Source: Alphaproteobacteria bacterium (lineage in GTDB: Bacteria; Pseudomonadota; Alphaproteobacteria; JAAEOK01). Taken from it: a stretch of 64,000 nucleotides of DNA. The notes under the pieces are model-generated. The model saw only the letters and a list, made by a program, of their open reading frames with translations. It made no database searches and was not told where the DNA came from. Position 1 is the stretch's first letter. Each line of letters begins with the position of its first letter. Location: assembly GCA_024244705.1 (NCBI GenBank), contig JAAEOK010000060.1, positions 27,146 to 91,145 on the forward strand, written 5' to 3'. This document shows, in pieces, positions 44,941-56,271 of this stretch. The position numbers and the translations under genes were made by a program.

Positions 44941-45424
44941 AATATAAATAAACAATAAGTGCGAGTGAAATGAATGCGTAGAGACCCGCGAATACGTCGT
45001 CCAGCATCACACCCAGGCCGGCCGCGAAACGACGTTCCGCCCAATCCACCGGCCACGGTTTGAGAATGTCGAAGACGCGGAACAGCAGGAAGGCAAGGAC
45101 GAATTCCCACCACGCGCCGGTATGTATCGCCATCAGGCAGAGCCACTGGCCAACGACCTCGTCGACGACGACCGGTCCCGGGTCCTCGTCGCCGGATAGC
45201 CTCACGTAAACATCGGCCGCCCATTTGCCGACGAAGAAAAGCACCACGGCGGCGGCGAACAATCCGGCGGCGCCTGTATACACCAACAGCAGGATGCCGA
45301 ATGGAAGGGCGGCCAGCGACCCCCAAGTCCCTGGAATGCCCGGCAGGAGACCGGCGCCGAACCATGTCGCAATCAGCGCCGAAGGGTCACGAAATCGCAT
45401 TCCCGGAGGCAGAGGGGTCAGCAC
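44921..45424 (-). CDS. pgpA: Phosphatidylglycerophosphatase A
   Basis: IATWFGAGLLPGIPGTWGSLAALP...VVVDEVVGQW PgpA signature; AT-rich 3' end overlaps the cinA start. Confidence 0.85.
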   Translation of the reverse strand: MLTPLPPGMRFRDPSALIATWFGAGLLPGIPGTWGSLAALPFGILLLVYTGAAGLFAAAVVLFFVGKWAADVYVRLSGDEDPGPVVVDEVVGQWLCLMAIHTGAWWEFVLAFLLFRVFDILKPWPVDWAERRFAAGLGVMLDDVFAGLYAFISLALIVYLYYVIFSF

Positions 45425-45430
45425 CGTTCG

Positions 45431-46582
45431 TTATCCGCCGAGGGCAACGGTGGCGATGGCTTGTGCTGCGAGGCCTTCGCCGCGGCCGGTGAAGCCAAGC
45501 CTTTCGGTCGTCGTCGCCTTGACGCTGATACGATCGGCCGCAAGGCTCAGAATTTCACCGACTCGGGCCGCCATGGCGTCGGCGTGCGGCCGAATCCGGG
45601 GCGCTTCACAGATCAATGTAAGGTCGAGGTTGAGAATATGTCCGCCTCGCCGGCGCACCAATTCGCCGGCGTGTTGAAGAAAGATCGACGACGGCGCGTT
45701 CGCCCATTTCTCGTCGGAGGGAGGAAAATGGGCGCCGATGTCGCCGGCGCCGATGGCTCCGAGAAGAGCATCGGTCAACGCATGAAGGCCGGCATCGGCG
45801 TCGGAATGACCGACGAGGCCCTGATCGTGCGGGATTTCGACCCCGCAGAGCCAAATCCGGTCCCCGGGGCCGAAGCGGTGGACGTCGAAACCCATACCTG
45901 TCCGTATTTCCATCGAACCCGAAATCATTCGGGCGGCGCGATCAAGATCATCGTCGGTCGTTACCTTAAAATTATCGTCGACCGACTCGATAAGCGTAAC
46001 GGCAAGCCCAGCGCATTCGGCTACCGCCGCGTCATCGGTCAGATCCTGACCGGCGGCGGCTTCGTGCGCGCGGAGGATCGCCTCGTAATGAAATCCCTGC
46101 GGGGTCTGGGCCCGCCACAGGGCCGAGCGATCGACGGTGTCGGCGATCGCGCCGTCCCGTTCCCGCTTCAGGGTATCGACGACCGGCACCGCGGCAATGG
46201 CGCCCGGAAACTCATCGAGACCGGCGACGACCGCTGAAATCGTCGCCGTGGAAACGAACGGGCGCGCCGCATCGTGGATCAGTACCGTATCCGGCTGGAA
46301 ATCGCGGAGGCTGCGGAGTCCGAACAATACCGATTCCTGGCGGGTGCGGCCCCCCGATACCGGCGGCAGAAGATCGACCCGCCGTGTCGCCCTATGGTAT
46401 CGGTCCAGATCGTCGTCGTGGATCACGACCCTGACGCCGTCTATTTCGGCATGGGTTACGAAAGCGCCGGCACTGCGCGCCAGTAACGAGCGTCCCCCGA
46501 TTTCACGATATTGCTTTGGTACGTCACCGCCGAGCCGGGTCCCGCGGCCGGCCGCAACCACGATCGCAAAACACCCGCCCAT
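45431..46582 (-). CDS. ispDF: Bifunctional IspD/IspF (MEP cytidylyltransferase / MEcPP synthase)
   Basis: N-terminal IVVAAGRGTRLG (IspD); C-terminal RTGMGFDVHRF...GHSDADAGLHA (IspF). Confidence 0.9.
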   Translation of the reverse strand: MGGCFAIVVAAGRGTRLGGDVPKQYREIGGRSLLARSAGAFVTHAEIDGVRVVIHDDDLDRYHRATRRVDLLPPVSGGRTRQESVLFGLRSLRDFQPDTVLIHDAARPFVSTATISAVVAGLDEFPGAIAAVPVVDTLKRERDGAIADTVDRSALWRAQTPQGFHYEAILRAHEAAAGQDLTDDAAVAECAGLAVTLIESVDDNFKVTTDDDLDRAARMISGSMEIRTGMGFDVHRFGPGDRIWLCGVEIPHDQGLVGHSDADAGLHALTDALLGAIGAGDIGAHFPPSDEKWANAPSSIFLQHAGELVRRRGGHILNLDLTLICEAPRIRPHADAMAARVGEILSLAADRISVKATTTERLGFTGRGEGLAAQAIATVALGG

Positions 46583-46701
46583 GCGCTCCCACAACTGATT
46601 TTCGTGCTTCGAATTGGCGGCCAACCTAGACCGCGTGACGCGCCCTGCCAAGGCCTTTGGAAGCAATGGTTGGGCGAGGCAATGCCTGATATATAGGGCT
46701 C

Positions 46702-47505
46702 ATGATTGTGGTTCTCGGCATCGGCTTGGCGTCCCTGGTGGCGCTGTTTCCGGCAGCGGTATATGTCGCCGGCGGAAAGGCGCGCCGAGACGACGGGCTC
46801 TATTTGCTGCTCCTCGCGGTGGCGGTAATCGGACCGGTGGGTTGGGCCTACATGTTGTTCCGCGATGGTTGGCACAGCGGCATCGCGGCCGCGCTTTGGA
46901 TTACGGTCGCCGCCACCATCGTATTGTTCGCGGTTCTTGTCGTAACCACGCGGATGGCTTGGCGGCTTACGCCACTGCTTCTACCCTATCTCGCGGTCGT
47001 AGGTGTGATGGCGCTCGTTCTGCAGATGGCCCTTGGACGGCCGTTAGTGAGTTCGATCTCGGGCACTTGGCTGATCGCCCATATCGGTATTTCGGTTGCC
47101 GCCTATGGCCTCCTCACCGTCGCCGCGGTGGCCGGACTCAGTGTGATCCTGCAGGAGCGGGCGCTGAAACGTAAGCGGCCAAACGCTTTGACTCACGTTT
47201 TGCCCTCGGTGGCCGACGGCGAGGCGCTGCAGGTGGGGCTGTTGATCGGCTGCGAAGTTATTCTTTTCCTTGGCATTCTGAGCGGCATCGCCGCCGAGTA
47301 CCAGGGCTCGGGCGGGCTGCTCGCGTTCGACCACAAGACCCTGCTTTCTCTCCTCGCTTTCTTTGTCGTCGGGTTGTTGCTGGCGATGCATTACCGCGCC
47401 GGAATTCACGGGCGCGGCGCGGCGCGATGGGCACTTATGGCCTACCTGCTGCTTAGCTTGGCCTATCCCGGCGTTAAATTCGTCACCGACGTTCTGTTGG
47501 TATAG
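46702..47505 (+). CDS. Cytochrome c assembly family (CcsA/YpjD-like) polytopic membrane protein
   Basis: 8 predicted TM helices; resembles YpjD; divergent from ispDF. Confidence 0.55.
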   Translation: MIVVLGIGLASLVALFPAAVYVAGGKARRDDGLYLLLLAVAVIGPVGWAYMLFRDGWHSGIAAALWITVAATIVLFAVLVVTTRMAWRLTPLLLPYLAVVGVMALVLQMALGRPLVSSISGTWLIAHIGISVAAYGLLTVAAVAGLSVILQERALKRKRPNALTHVLPSVADGEALQVGLLIGCEVILFLGILSGIAAEYQGSGGLLAFDHKTLLSLLAFFVVGLLLAMHYRAGIHGRGAARWALMAYLLLSLAYPGVKFVTDVLLV

Positions 47506-47601
47506 AGCCCACACTTTACAGTAGCGGTAAATTGGTCTATCGCCTCGACCGCGGGCGCATTTTGATGAAATTTCGTGCAGCGAAGTTGGAGTGCCTGAAC
47601 T

Positions 47602-48588
47602 TTGGGCATTTGTATCGGCAACATCGTTCTGGATGATCCGGTCATTCTGGCACCGATGTCGGGAGTGACGGACATGCCGTTCCGTCGCCTGGTCAAAAAG
47701 ATGGGTGCCAGCTTGGTGGTTTCCGAAATGATCGCCAGCCAGGCGATGATTCGTCAGACCCGTCAATCGATGAAGATGTCGACGAATTGTGCCGAGGAAT
47801 TTCCCATGTCGGTGCAGCTTGCGGGCTGCGATCCGGAGGTGATGGCGGACGCGGCACGGCTGAACGCGGACCGCGGTGCGGCGATCATCGACATCAATTT
47901 TGGCTGTCCGGTCAAGAAAGTGGTCAAAGGCTACGCCGGCTCGGCACTGATGCGGGACGAGCGCCTGGCATCGCGGATACTCGAAGCAACGGTCGAGGCG
48001 GTCGACTTGCCGGTAACCCTCAAGATGCGGACCGGCTGGGACGAAACCAACCGCAATGCGCCGCAATTGGCTCGGATCGCCGAATCCTGCGGCATCGAGA
48101 TGATCACGATCCACGGCCGCACCCGCTGCCAGATGTACACTGGACGCGCCGACTGGTCATTCATCGGGGAGGTCAAGGCGGCGGTCGGGATTCCGGTTGT
48201 CGCCAACGGCGACATTACGACGCTTGACGAGGCCAGCGATGCCCTCGACCTGTCCGGCGCCGACGGTATCATGATCGGACGGGGGTGCTATGGCCGGCCA
48301 TGGTTCATTAGCCAGGTTGCGGAGTTTCTCCGCAGCGGCGTGCGGCGGCCGGATCCCTCGTTGCCGGAGCAAATGGCGATCGTTCTCGCCCATCTCGACG
48401 CCTTGCTTAGCCATTATGGCGTGCGGACCGGCGTTCGCATCGGCCGGAAACATCTCGCGTGGTATTCTCGCGGGTGGCCGGGTTCGGCGGAGTTCAGGTC
48501 GTCGATCAACAAGCTCTGCGACCCCGATCAGGTGCGCGACCGGGTGCGGTGGTTCTATGAGCCGATCATCGATGATTTGGCTGCTTGA
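47602..48588 (+). CDS. dusB: tRNA-dihydrouridine synthase B
   Basis: [15 protein letters not shown]...[11 protein letters not shown] motifs; followed by ntrBC as in the nifR3-ntrB-ntrC arrangement. Confidence 0.9.
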   Translation: MGICIGNIVLDDPVILAPMSGVTDMPFRRLVKKMGASLVVSEMIASQAMIRQTRQSMKMSTNCAEEFPMSVQLAGCDPEVMADAARLNADRGAAIIDINFGCPVKKVVKGYAGSALMRDERLASRILEATVEAVDLPVTLKMRTGWDETNRNAPQLARIAESCGIEMITIHGRTRCQMYTGRADWSFIGEVKAAVGIPVVANGDITTLDEASDALDLSGADGIMIGRGCYGRPWFISQVAEFLRSGVRRPDPSLPEQMAIVLAHLDALLSHYGVRTGVRIGRKHLAWYSRGWPGSAEFRSSINKLCDPDQVRDRVRWFYEPIIDDLAA

Positions 48589-49709
48589 TGGCGAGAGCCG
48601 CAATCAGTGAAGCGGTCACGGCGCCGATCCAAGAACAGGCCACGAGAGCTATCCTTGACGCATTACCGTTACCGGTCGTTGTCGTGGCGCCGGCGGCTGA
48701 AATCGCCTTTGTCAACATGGCGGCGGAGCAATTCTTCGGCGTTGGCGCAAACCACCTCGACGGGCGCGGCCTGAGCGAGTTCATCCCCCAAGACAGTCCC
48801 ATATTCGACTTGATCGATCACGTTCGTGCAACCGGAGCCACGGTTGCCGAGTATGAAATCACCTTGGAAAGTCCGCGCATCAAAGGGCGGCCCGTGACGA
48901 TACAAGTCGCGCCGATGGGAGATTCCGCCAACAATATTGTCTTCGTCATTCAAGAGCAATCGATCGCCCGGCGTATTGGCCGCCAACTCGGCCATCGCGG
49001 CGCGGCGCGGTCGATCACCGCGATGGCGGCGATGCTGGCCCACGAAGTCAAGAACCCGCTATCGGGAATTCGCGGCGCCGCGCAATTGCTGGAAGGAGAG
49101 CTCGATGAAGGCGGGCGGCGATTGACCACGTTGATCTGCAACGAGACCGACCGAATATGCGCGTTGCTCGATCGGATGGACGTTTTCGACCTGCCAATCC
49201 CCGCCGATCGTGATTCGACCAATATCTATCGCGTCCTCGAATACGCGCGCCAAGTCGCGGAATCGGGGTTCGCGCGTCACGTGCGGTTCACCGAATCGTA
49301 CGATCCTTCTTTGCCGGCGGTCCTCGGCAATCGCGACCTCCTGATCCAGGTTTTCCTGAATTTGATCAAGAACGCCGCCGAAGCCGTTCCCAAAGTCGGC
49401 GGTGAAATAGGTCTGGCGACGGCCTACCGGCATGGTGTCCGGCTGGCCGTGCCGGGCCGGGGCAGTCGCGTTCATCTGCCGCTCCTGGTCACCGTAAGCG
49501 ACAACGGCTCGGGTATTCCGCCCGATTTTGGCGATCATCTATTCGATCCGTTCATAACGACGAAGCCGGGTGGAACGGGCCTCGGTCTGGCTCTCGTGGG
49601 GAAGATCATCAATGACCACGGTGGTGTCGTCGAATATACGAGCGAACCGGGAAAGACCGTGTTCAAAATCATGTTGCCGGTTCATCCGGACGGAACGGTG
49701 GACGAATGA
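48585..49709 (+). CDS. ntrB: Nitrogen regulation sensor histidine kinase NtrB
   Basis: [18 protein letters not shown]-box; HATPase G-boxes. Confidence 0.9.
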   Translation: MMARAAISEAVTAPIQEQATRAILDALPLPVVVVAPAAEIAFVNMAAEQFFGVGANHLDGRGLSEFIPQDSPIFDLIDHVRATGATVAEYEITLESPRIKGRPVTIQVAPMGDSANNIVFVIQEQSIARRIGRQLGHRGAARSITAMAAMLAHEVKNPLSGIRGAAQLLEGELDEGGRRLTTLICNETDRICALLDRMDVFDLPIPADRDSTNIYRVLEYARQVAESGFARHVRFTESYDPSLPAVLGNRDLLIQVFLNLIKNAAEAVPKVGGEIGLATAYRHGVRLAVPGRGSRVHLPLLVTVSDNGSGIPPDFGDHLFDPFITTKPGGTGLGLALVGKIINDHGGVVEYTSEPGKTVFKIMLPVHPDGTVDE

Positions 49710-51154
49710 GCAATGCGACGATCTTGGTCGCCGACGACGACGGCGCGATCCGCGTGGTTCTGAATCAGGCGCTCGGACGTTCGGGCTATCACGTCCGGAC
49801 AACTGGTAACGCCGCGACCCTGTGGCGTTGGATCGCCGACGGGGAGGGTGATGTCGTGATCACCGATGTCGTAATGCCCGACGAAGACGGGCTCGATCTC
49901 CTGCCCCGCATCCGCAAGCTGCGTCCGGAGCTTCGGGTGATTGTCATGAGTGCCCAAAACACGCTCCTGACGGCGCTTAAGGCGAACGAGAGAGGGGCTT
50001 TCGAATACCTGCCGAAGCCGTTCGATCTCAAGGAGCTTATCAATGTGGTGCAGCGCGCGCTCGCGACGCCCTATGAAAGTCCTTCCGGCGGACCGGCACC
50101 CCTGGACGATGCAGACGATGACCTGCCGCTGATCGGCCGGTCGCCGCCGATGCAGGATATCTATCGCATTCTGGCGCGGCTCATGGGAACCGATCTCACC
50201 GCGCTGATTGTGGGCGATTCGGGGACCGGAAAAGAACTCGTCGCGCGAGCACTTCACGATTACGGCAAGCGTCGTAAGGGGCCTTTCGTCGCGATAAACA
50301 TGGCGGCGATTCCGCGGGAATTGATAGAAAGCGAATTGTTCGGGCACGAAAAAGGCGCCTTCACCGGCGCGTCGGCACGAATGGCCGGGCGTTTCGAGCA
50401 GGCCGATGGCGGAACCCTCTTTCTCGATGAAATCGGCGACATGCCGCCGGAGGCCCAGACCCGACTACTCCGGGTGCTGCAGGAGGGGGAATTTACCACT
50501 GTCGGTGGGCGCCACCCGATTCGCGCGAATGTCCGCATCATTGCCGCCACCCATCGCGACCTGCGTCAATTAATCGGCCAGGGGTTGTTCAGAGAAGACC
50601 TCTACTATCGTCTCAATGTGGTCCCGATTCGATTGCCCTCGCTACGCGAACGAACGGCCGATATTCCGGATCTGGTCCGCCATTTCCTGCATCAGGCGAC
50701 GGTTCGCGGGCTCCCCCTCAAGCGCATCGATCAAGACGGCCTGACCCGCCTCATGGCTCATAGGTGGCCTGGAAATGTGCGGGAACTGGAAAACCTCGTG
50801 CAGCGTCTCGCCGCCCTCTACACCCAGGAAACGATATCGCTCGATATTATCGAGGCCGAACTGGCGGACGCCGCAATCGAGCCGGTACAGGTCGAAAATC
50901 GAGCCGACGAAAGCATGACGGCGGCGGTGGCCCGGCATTTGGCCGAGTACTTCTCCGCCCATGGCGATTCCCTCCCGCCGGCGGGGTTGTACCATCGGGT
51001 CATTCGGGAGGTCGAACGGCCATTGATCGAGCTGTGCCTACAATCGACCGGTGGCAATCAGCTGCGGGCGGCGGATTTGCTCGGCTTGAATAGGAATACA
51101 CTGCGCAAGAAAATCCGCGAGTTAGACATCGATATTGGCAAAGGGGTAAAATGA
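49706..51154 (+). CDS. ntrC: Nitrogen regulation protein NR(I), sigma-54 activator
   Basis: REC domain, then [11 protein letters not shown] and GAFTGA motifs, then HTH. Confidence 0.9.
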   Translation: MSNATILVADDDGAIRVVLNQALGRSGYHVRTTGNAATLWRWIADGEGDVVITDVVMPDEDGLDLLPRIRKLRPELRVIVMSAQNTLLTALKANERGAFEYLPKPFDLKELINVVQRALATPYESPSGGPAPLDDADDDLPLIGRSPPMQDIYRILARLMGTDLTALIVGDSGTGKELVARALHDYGKRRKGPFVAINMAAIPRELIESELFGHEKGAFTGASARMAGRFEQADGGTLFLDEIGDMPPEAQTRLLRVLQEGEFTTVGGRHPIRANVRIIAATHRDLRQLIGQGLFREDLYYRLNVVPIRLPSLRERTADIPDLVRHFLHQATVRGLPLKRIDQDGLTRLMAHRWPGNVRELENLVQRLAALYTQETISLDIIEAELADAAIEPVQVENRADESMTAAVARHLAEYFSAHGDSLPPAGLYHRVIREVERPLIELCLQSTGGNQLRAADLLGLNRNTLRKKIRELDIDIGKGVK

Positions 51155-51208
51155 TACGAATCTCTAAATCCCATCCAGGAGCGCTCGCAAATTGAACCGG
51201 CACGGGAT

Positions 51209-53449
51209 ATGACCGCGGAATCGGCGTCGAGGCAGGATGGCGTGCTCCGGCAGACGCTGAGTTGGGCTACGCGGTTCGGGCTTGGCCGGCGGCTTGCATA
51301 CGTTCTCGCGGGTTCGGCAATTGTCAGCGGCCTCATTACCTATGTCGCGCTGACCAGTTCGACACCGCTTGGACCCGACCCGAGGACCGTTTTCCTCCTC
51401 CTCAACATCGACCTGGTGCTGCTGCTGGCGCTCGGCGCGGTGATCGCACGCAAGGTCGCATTGATGTGGGGGGAGCGTCGCCGCGGCATCGCCGGCGCGC
51501 GACTTCAGACACGGCTGGTCGCTCTGTTTAGTCTGATTGCGGTGACGCCGGCGATCATTCTGGCGGTGTTTTCGACGCTGTTCTTCAATTTCGGCATTCA
51601 AGCCTGGTTCAGCGAGAGGGTCCAGACGGCGCTTTCGGAATCATTGGCCGTGACCGAGGCCTATCTCGACGAGCATCAGCAGAATATTCGCGCCGACGTC
51701 CTCGCGATCGCGGACGATCTCGAGCATGATTGGTCGTTGCTATTGAACAATCCCAATCTGTTAACGAAATTCCTGGCCACGCAGGCGGCGATTCGCGGCC
51801 TCCCCGAGGCCGTCGTCTTCGACCGCTTCGGCCGCGTGATGGCGAGTTCCGGCTTTACCTTTTCCCTGCAAATCGAAAACCTCCCGCAATGGGCGCTCGA
51901 ACGCGCCCGGGGGGGAGAGATCCCGATCCTGACCAATGAGGACGGCGACCGCGTCCGTGCGCTGGTACTCGTCGATTCGCTCGCCGAGATTTATCTCTAT
52001 GTCGGGCGGTTCGTCGACCCGAGCGTCCTGCTCCATGTGAGCCGAACCGAGCAAGCGGTCGAAGCCTATCAAAAATTGGAGGGCCAGCATTCCGGCTTGC
52101 AAATTACGTTTGCGCTCATATTCGGCATTGTCGCGCTCTTGCTGCTGATGGCGTCGGTGTGGGTTGGACTGACTTTTGCGACGCGTCTGTCGAGTCCCAT
52201 CATCGGGCTCATTACGGCGGCGGAAAAGGTGCGCGAAGGAGACCTTTCGGTTCGAGTCCCAGAGGGCCCGGAGGGCGACGAGTTCGGGACCCTGGGACGG
52301 GCCTTCAATCGGATGACCGAGCGTCTCCTGTCGCAACAGCGCGAGTTGATGACCGCGAGTGAACAGATCGACGACCGGCGACGATTTACGGAGGCGGTGC
52401 TTTCCGGCGTGTCGGCCGGCGTCATCGGTCTGGATGCTCGCGGCCGAATCGATCTCCCCAATCGATCAGCGTGCAATTTGCTCAACACGCGGGCCGAGGA
52501 TCTTTTTGGCAAGCCTATCGGCAAAGCAGTACCCGAAATGGCCCACCTGTTCTCGGCCGTTCGACGCAGCCCGAGCCGTCTCGCCGAGGCCCAGATCCAG
52601 ATCGATCGCGGTGGTCGCCGCTGCACGCTTCTGGTGCGGATCGGAGCCGAACGGGAGGGGGGCCAAGTGCGTGGTTATGTGGCGACATTCGATGACATCT
52701 CGGCGCTTCTATCGGCGCAGCGCAAGGCGGCATGGGCGGACGTAGCCCGGCGAATCGCGCACGAAATCAGAAATCCGTTGACTCCAATTCAGCTGTCGGC
52801 GGAACGCTTGAAACGCAAATATGCGGACGAGATTACCACCGACCCGGATGTCTTCAAGACTTGCACCGATACGATCATTCGGCAGGTCGAGGATATCGGC
52901 CGTATGGTCGAGGAGTTCTCGTCCTTTGCCAAAATGCCGGCCCCGGTGATGAAAGATGAGAACGTTACCGAGCTTGTCCGCCAGCAGGTGTTTTTGCAAC
53001 GGAATGCCCATCCTGAGGTTACCTATGCGTTCAATCTTCCAGATACCCCGGTGACGTTGCGTTGCGACGGCCGTCAGGTCAGCCAGGCTCTGACGAATCT
53101 CTTGCAAAACGCGGCTGAGGCCATAATGGAGCGTGGCACCGCCAATGACATGGCGCGGCAGATAAACGTCCTGTTGGATGATGGCGATGAGGCGATCGTA
53201 ATCGCGGTCGAAGATAACGGACGCGGCCTGCCGAGCGAATTGAAGGGTCAGTTGACCGAGCCCTACGTGACGACGCGGGACAAAGGCACCGGTCTGGGCC
53301 TCGCCATCGTCAAGAAGATCATGGAAGATCACTCCGGTGATCTGGTAATAGAAGATCGTCCCGGCGGCGGCGCGCGAGTAGCACTTGTCTTTCGCGTGTC
53401 GGACGACGGCGAGCAGCAGCCCAACGATCGCCGCTCCGCGGCAGTCTAA
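51209..53449 (+). CDS. ntrY: Sensor histidine kinase NtrY
   Basis: 746 aa; N-terminal TM helices, HAMP, PAS, HisKA (AHEIRNPLTPIQL), HATPase. Confidence 0.85.
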   Translation: MTAESASRQDGVLRQTLSWATRFGLGRRLAYVLAGSAIVSGLITYVALTSSTPLGPDPRTVFLLLNIDLVLLLALGAVIARKVALMWGERRRGIAGARLQTRLVALFSLIAVTPAIILAVFSTLFFNFGIQAWFSERVQTALSESLAVTEAYLDEHQQNIRADVLAIADDLEHDWSLLLNNPNLLTKFLATQAAIRGLPEAVVFDRFGRVMASSGFTFSLQIENLPQWALERARGGEIPILTNEDGDRVRALVLVDSLAEIYLYVGRFVDPSVLLHVSRTEQAVEAYQKLEGQHSGLQITFALIFGIVALLLLMASVWVGLTFATRLSSPIIGLITAAEKVREGDLSVRVPEGPEGDEFGTLGRAFNRMTERLLSQQRELMTASEQIDDRRRFTEAVLSGVSAGVIGLDARGRIDLPNRSACNLLNTRAEDLFGKPIGKAVPEMAHLFSAVRRSPSRLAEAQIQIDRGGRRCTLLVRIGAEREGGQVRGYVATFDDISALLSAQRKAAWADVARRIAHEIRNPLTPIQLSAERLKRKYADEITTDPDVFKTCTDTIIRQVEDIGRMVEEFSSFAKMPAPVMKDENVTELVRQQVFLQRNAHPEVTYAFNLPDTPVTLRCDGRQVSQALTNLLQNAAEAIMERGTANDMARQINVLLDDGDEAIVIAVEDNGRGLPSELKGQLTEPYVTTRDKGTGLGLAIVKKIMEDHSGDLVIEDRPGGGARVALVFRVSDDGEQQPNDRRSAAV

Positions 53450-53463
53450 TCGAACGGAATAGC

Positions 53464-54864
53464 ATGGCGCGCGACATACTCATTGTCGATGATGAAGCGG
53501 ATATTCGTATGCTCGTATCCGGTATCCTTGAAGATGAAGGATACGAGGCGCGCACCGCCAGCACGGCGCGGGAGGCCCTGAAATCGGTCGCCCGGCGGCG
53601 GCCCACCCTGGTGGTCCTGGATGTATGGCTGCAAGGCAGCGACATGGACGGCCTCGAGGTCTTGGAACGGATCAAGGCCGATCATCCGGACCTGCCGGTG
53701 ATTGTTGTCAGCGGTCACGGCAATATCGAAACAGCCGTCGCCGCTATTCGGAAAGGGGCCTACGACTATATCGAGAAACCTTTCAAATCCGATCGCTTGT
53801 TGCTCTGCGTCGATCGCACGATCGAGGCGGCACGGCTGAAGCGCGAAAACGACGAGCTGCGCGTGCGATCGGACAGCGACGGCGAACTGATCGGAAATTC
53901 CCAGTCCATCAGTAATCTGCGCCAGGTCGTCAAAAAGATCGCGCCAACGAGCAGTCGAATACTTGTCGAAGGCCCCCCCGGGTCGGGAAAGGAACTATTG
54001 GCCCGTCTTATTCATCGGCAATCGGCAAGATCGAATGGGCCTTTCGTAGTTCTCAACTGCGCCAACATGCAGCCCGATCGGCTGGAAGCACAATTGTTTG
54101 GATCGGAAGGAGGGGAAAAGGGTGCGCCGCGCATTGTCGGTACGCTTGAGGCCGCGCACGGGGGCACCTTACTGCTCGACGAAGTCGGCGATATGCCGAT
54201 GGAAACTCAAAGCAAAATGCTGCGCGTGCTCCAGGATCACAGCTTCGACCGAGTAGGGGGCGAGGAGAACGTCGAGATCGACGTGCGAATCATTGCATCG
54301 ACGAGCCGCGATTTGCCGTTCGAGATTGCCCACGGACGATTTCGCGAAGACTTGTACTATCGCCTGAATGTGGTGCCATTGCAGATTCCGCCCCTGCGCG
54401 AACGGCGAGAAGACGTGAGGGAATTGGTCGAGTATTTCATGGACGTCTGCGCGAAGAACGCCAATCTGGCGCCGTGCGCCCTGAACGAAGACGCGATCGC
54501 CGCGTTGCAAGCCTACGAGTGGCCCGGCAATGTCCGCGAGGTCAAGAACCTCGTCGAGCGACTCCTGATCATGACCCGCGGCGAAGAGGGGAACGAAATT
54601 CGCAGCGAAATGCTGCCCCCCGAGGTCAACGGCTCGTCACCGGCTGCAACGGGTTTGGATCACGGTTCCGAAGTGATGGGCTTGCCTTTGCGGGAGGCGC
54701 GCGAGGCCTTCGAGCGCCACTATCTCCTGGCGCAAATCACCCGCTTTGGCGGAAATATTTCGCGTACCGCGGGGTTTATCGGTATGGAGCGATCGGCGCT
54801 TCATCGCAAGCTGAAGATTCTCGGCGTCTACAACGTCGAGAAACGACGCGGCTACGACGCCTGA
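53464..54864 (+). CDS. ntrX: Sigma-54-dependent response regulator NtrX
   Basis: REC plus AAA GPPGSGKE plus C-terminal HTH. Confidence 0.85.
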   Translation: MARDILIVDDEADIRMLVSGILEDEGYEARTASTAREALKSVARRRPTLVVLDVWLQGSDMDGLEVLERIKADHPDLPVIVVSGHGNIETAVAAIRKGAYDYIEKPFKSDRLLLCVDRTIEAARLKRENDELRVRSDSDGELIGNSQSISNLRQVVKKIAPTSSRILVEGPPGSGKELLARLIHRQSARSNGPFVVLNCANMQPDRLEAQLFGSEGGEKGAPRIVGTLEAAHGGTLLLDEVGDMPMETQSKMLRVLQDHSFDRVGGEENVEIDVRIIASTSRDLPFEIAHGRFREDLYYRLNVVPLQIPPLRERREDVRELVEYFMDVCAKNANLAPCALNEDAIAALQAYEWPGNVREVKNLVERLLIMTRGEEGNEIRSEMLPPEVNGSSPAATGLDHGSEVMGLPLREAREAFERHYLLAQITRFGGNISRTAGFIGMERSALHRKLKILGVYNVEKRRGYDA

Positions 54865-54894
54865 CCGCGACCGAACCGTATCGCGAGATTTGAT

Positions 54895-56271
54895 ATGAGA
54901 GTCATTGTCTGTGGCGCCGGCCAAGTGGGATCGAACATCGCCCGCCAACTATCGACCGAGAACAACCATGTAACGGTGATAGATCAGTCGCCTGAACTGA
55001 TCCGCAAGGTCTCCGATTCGCTCGACGTGACGGCGTTGGTGGGATTTGCGTCCTATCCCAACGTGCTCGAACGGGCAGGGGCGGCGGAAGCCGACATGTT
55101 GATCGCGGTGACGTTCGCCGACGAGGTCAATATGGTCGCTTGCCAGGTCGCCCATTCATTGTTCAACCTTCCGACCAAAATCGCCCGCGTTCGAAATCCA
55201 AGCTATCTCGAGCCGATCTGGGCCGATTTGTTTTCCCGCGACAATCTCCCGATCGACGTGATCATCTCCCCCGAGATTGAGGTCGCCCGAGCGATTCACC
55301 ATAGGCTGGCGGTACCGGGTGCGTTTGACATGATTCCGCTCGCCGGCGGCCGAATACGGGTGGTCGGAGTCCGGTGCGGTGAAGACTGCCCGATATTGGA
55401 TACGCCGCTCCGCCAACTGACGGAGTTGTTTCCCGAGCTGCACATGGTGATCGTCGCGATCGTGCGCGGCAATAAGCCGTTCATCCCGTCGAGCGATGAG
55501 GTGCTAATGCCCGGTGACGATGTCTATTTCGTCGCCGACAGCGAGCATGTCGGGCGCGCCCTTGCGACGATGGGGCACGAGGAAGATCAAGCCCACCGGC
55601 ACGTCATTATCGGCGGCGGCAATATCGGGCTCAACTTGTCGCGCCAGATCAACGAAGACGATTCCGATGCCGCGATCAAGATCATCGAATTCAAGGCGGC
55701 GCGAGCCCGCGAAGTCGCGCAGATGGTGCCGGAGGTGACGGTCATCAACGGTGATGCGCTCGATCCTGAGATTCTCGAGGAGGCAGCGGTCGAAAAGGCG
55801 GAGACGGTGATCGCGGTGACCAACGACGATGAGGTCAATGTTTTGTCATCGTTGCTCGCCAAGCGATCGGGCGCGAAACGAATCATAACATTGGTGAACA
55901 ACATCACCTATGAGCCCTTGATCAGTACGCTCGGCGTCGATGTCGTGGTCAATCCGCGCGCCATCACGGTTTCGACCATTCTTCAGCATGTGCGAAGGGG
56001 CCGAATTCGGTCGGTACATTCCCTCGGCGACGGGTTCGGCGAAATCATCGAGGCCGAAGCCCTCGAGACGTCCGGTATGGTCGGCCGGCCGCTCAAGGAT
56101 ATCAAGTTCGGCAAGGGCATCATCGTCGGCGCGATATTGCGAGAGGGAAACATCATAATGCCCAGACCTTCAGCGGTCATCCAGGCCGGCGACATGGTGG
56201 TCCTCCTGGCGGCGGCGGAATCCGTCAAAAGGGTCGAGAAAATGTTCTCGGTACGGCTGGAGTACTTTTGA
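54895..56271 (+). CDS. trkA: Trk potassium uptake system protein TrkA
   Basis: Two RCK/NAD-binding tandem domains: VCGAGQVGSNIA and IIGGGNIGLNL. Confidence 0.9.
   Translation: MRVIVCGAGQVGSNIARQLSTENNHVTVIDQSPELIRKVSDSLDVTALVGFASYPNVLERAGAAEADMLIAVTFADEVNMVACQVAHSLFNLPTKIARVRNPSYLEPIWADLFSRDNLPIDVIISPEIEVARAIHHRLAVPGAFDMIPLAGGRIRVVGVRCGEDCPILDTPLRQLTELFPELHMVIVAIVRGNKPFIPSSDEVLMPGDDVYFVADSEHVGRALATMGHEEDQAHRHVIIGGGNIGLNLSRQINEDDSDAAIKIIEFKAARAREVAQMVPEVTVINGDALDPEILEEAAVEKAETVIAVTNDDEVNVLSSLLAKRSGAKRIITLVNNITYEPLISTLGVDVVVNPRAITVSTILQHVRRGRIRSVHSLGDGFGEIIEAEALETSGMVGRPLKDIKFGKGIIVGAILREGNIIMPRPSAVIQAGDMVVLLAAAESVKRVEKMFSVRLEYF

Noticed and set aside
47044-48114. 356-aa minus-strand ORF antisense to the ypjD-like gene and dusB
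   Set aside because: No recognizable domains, and it overlaps two confident plus-strand genes.
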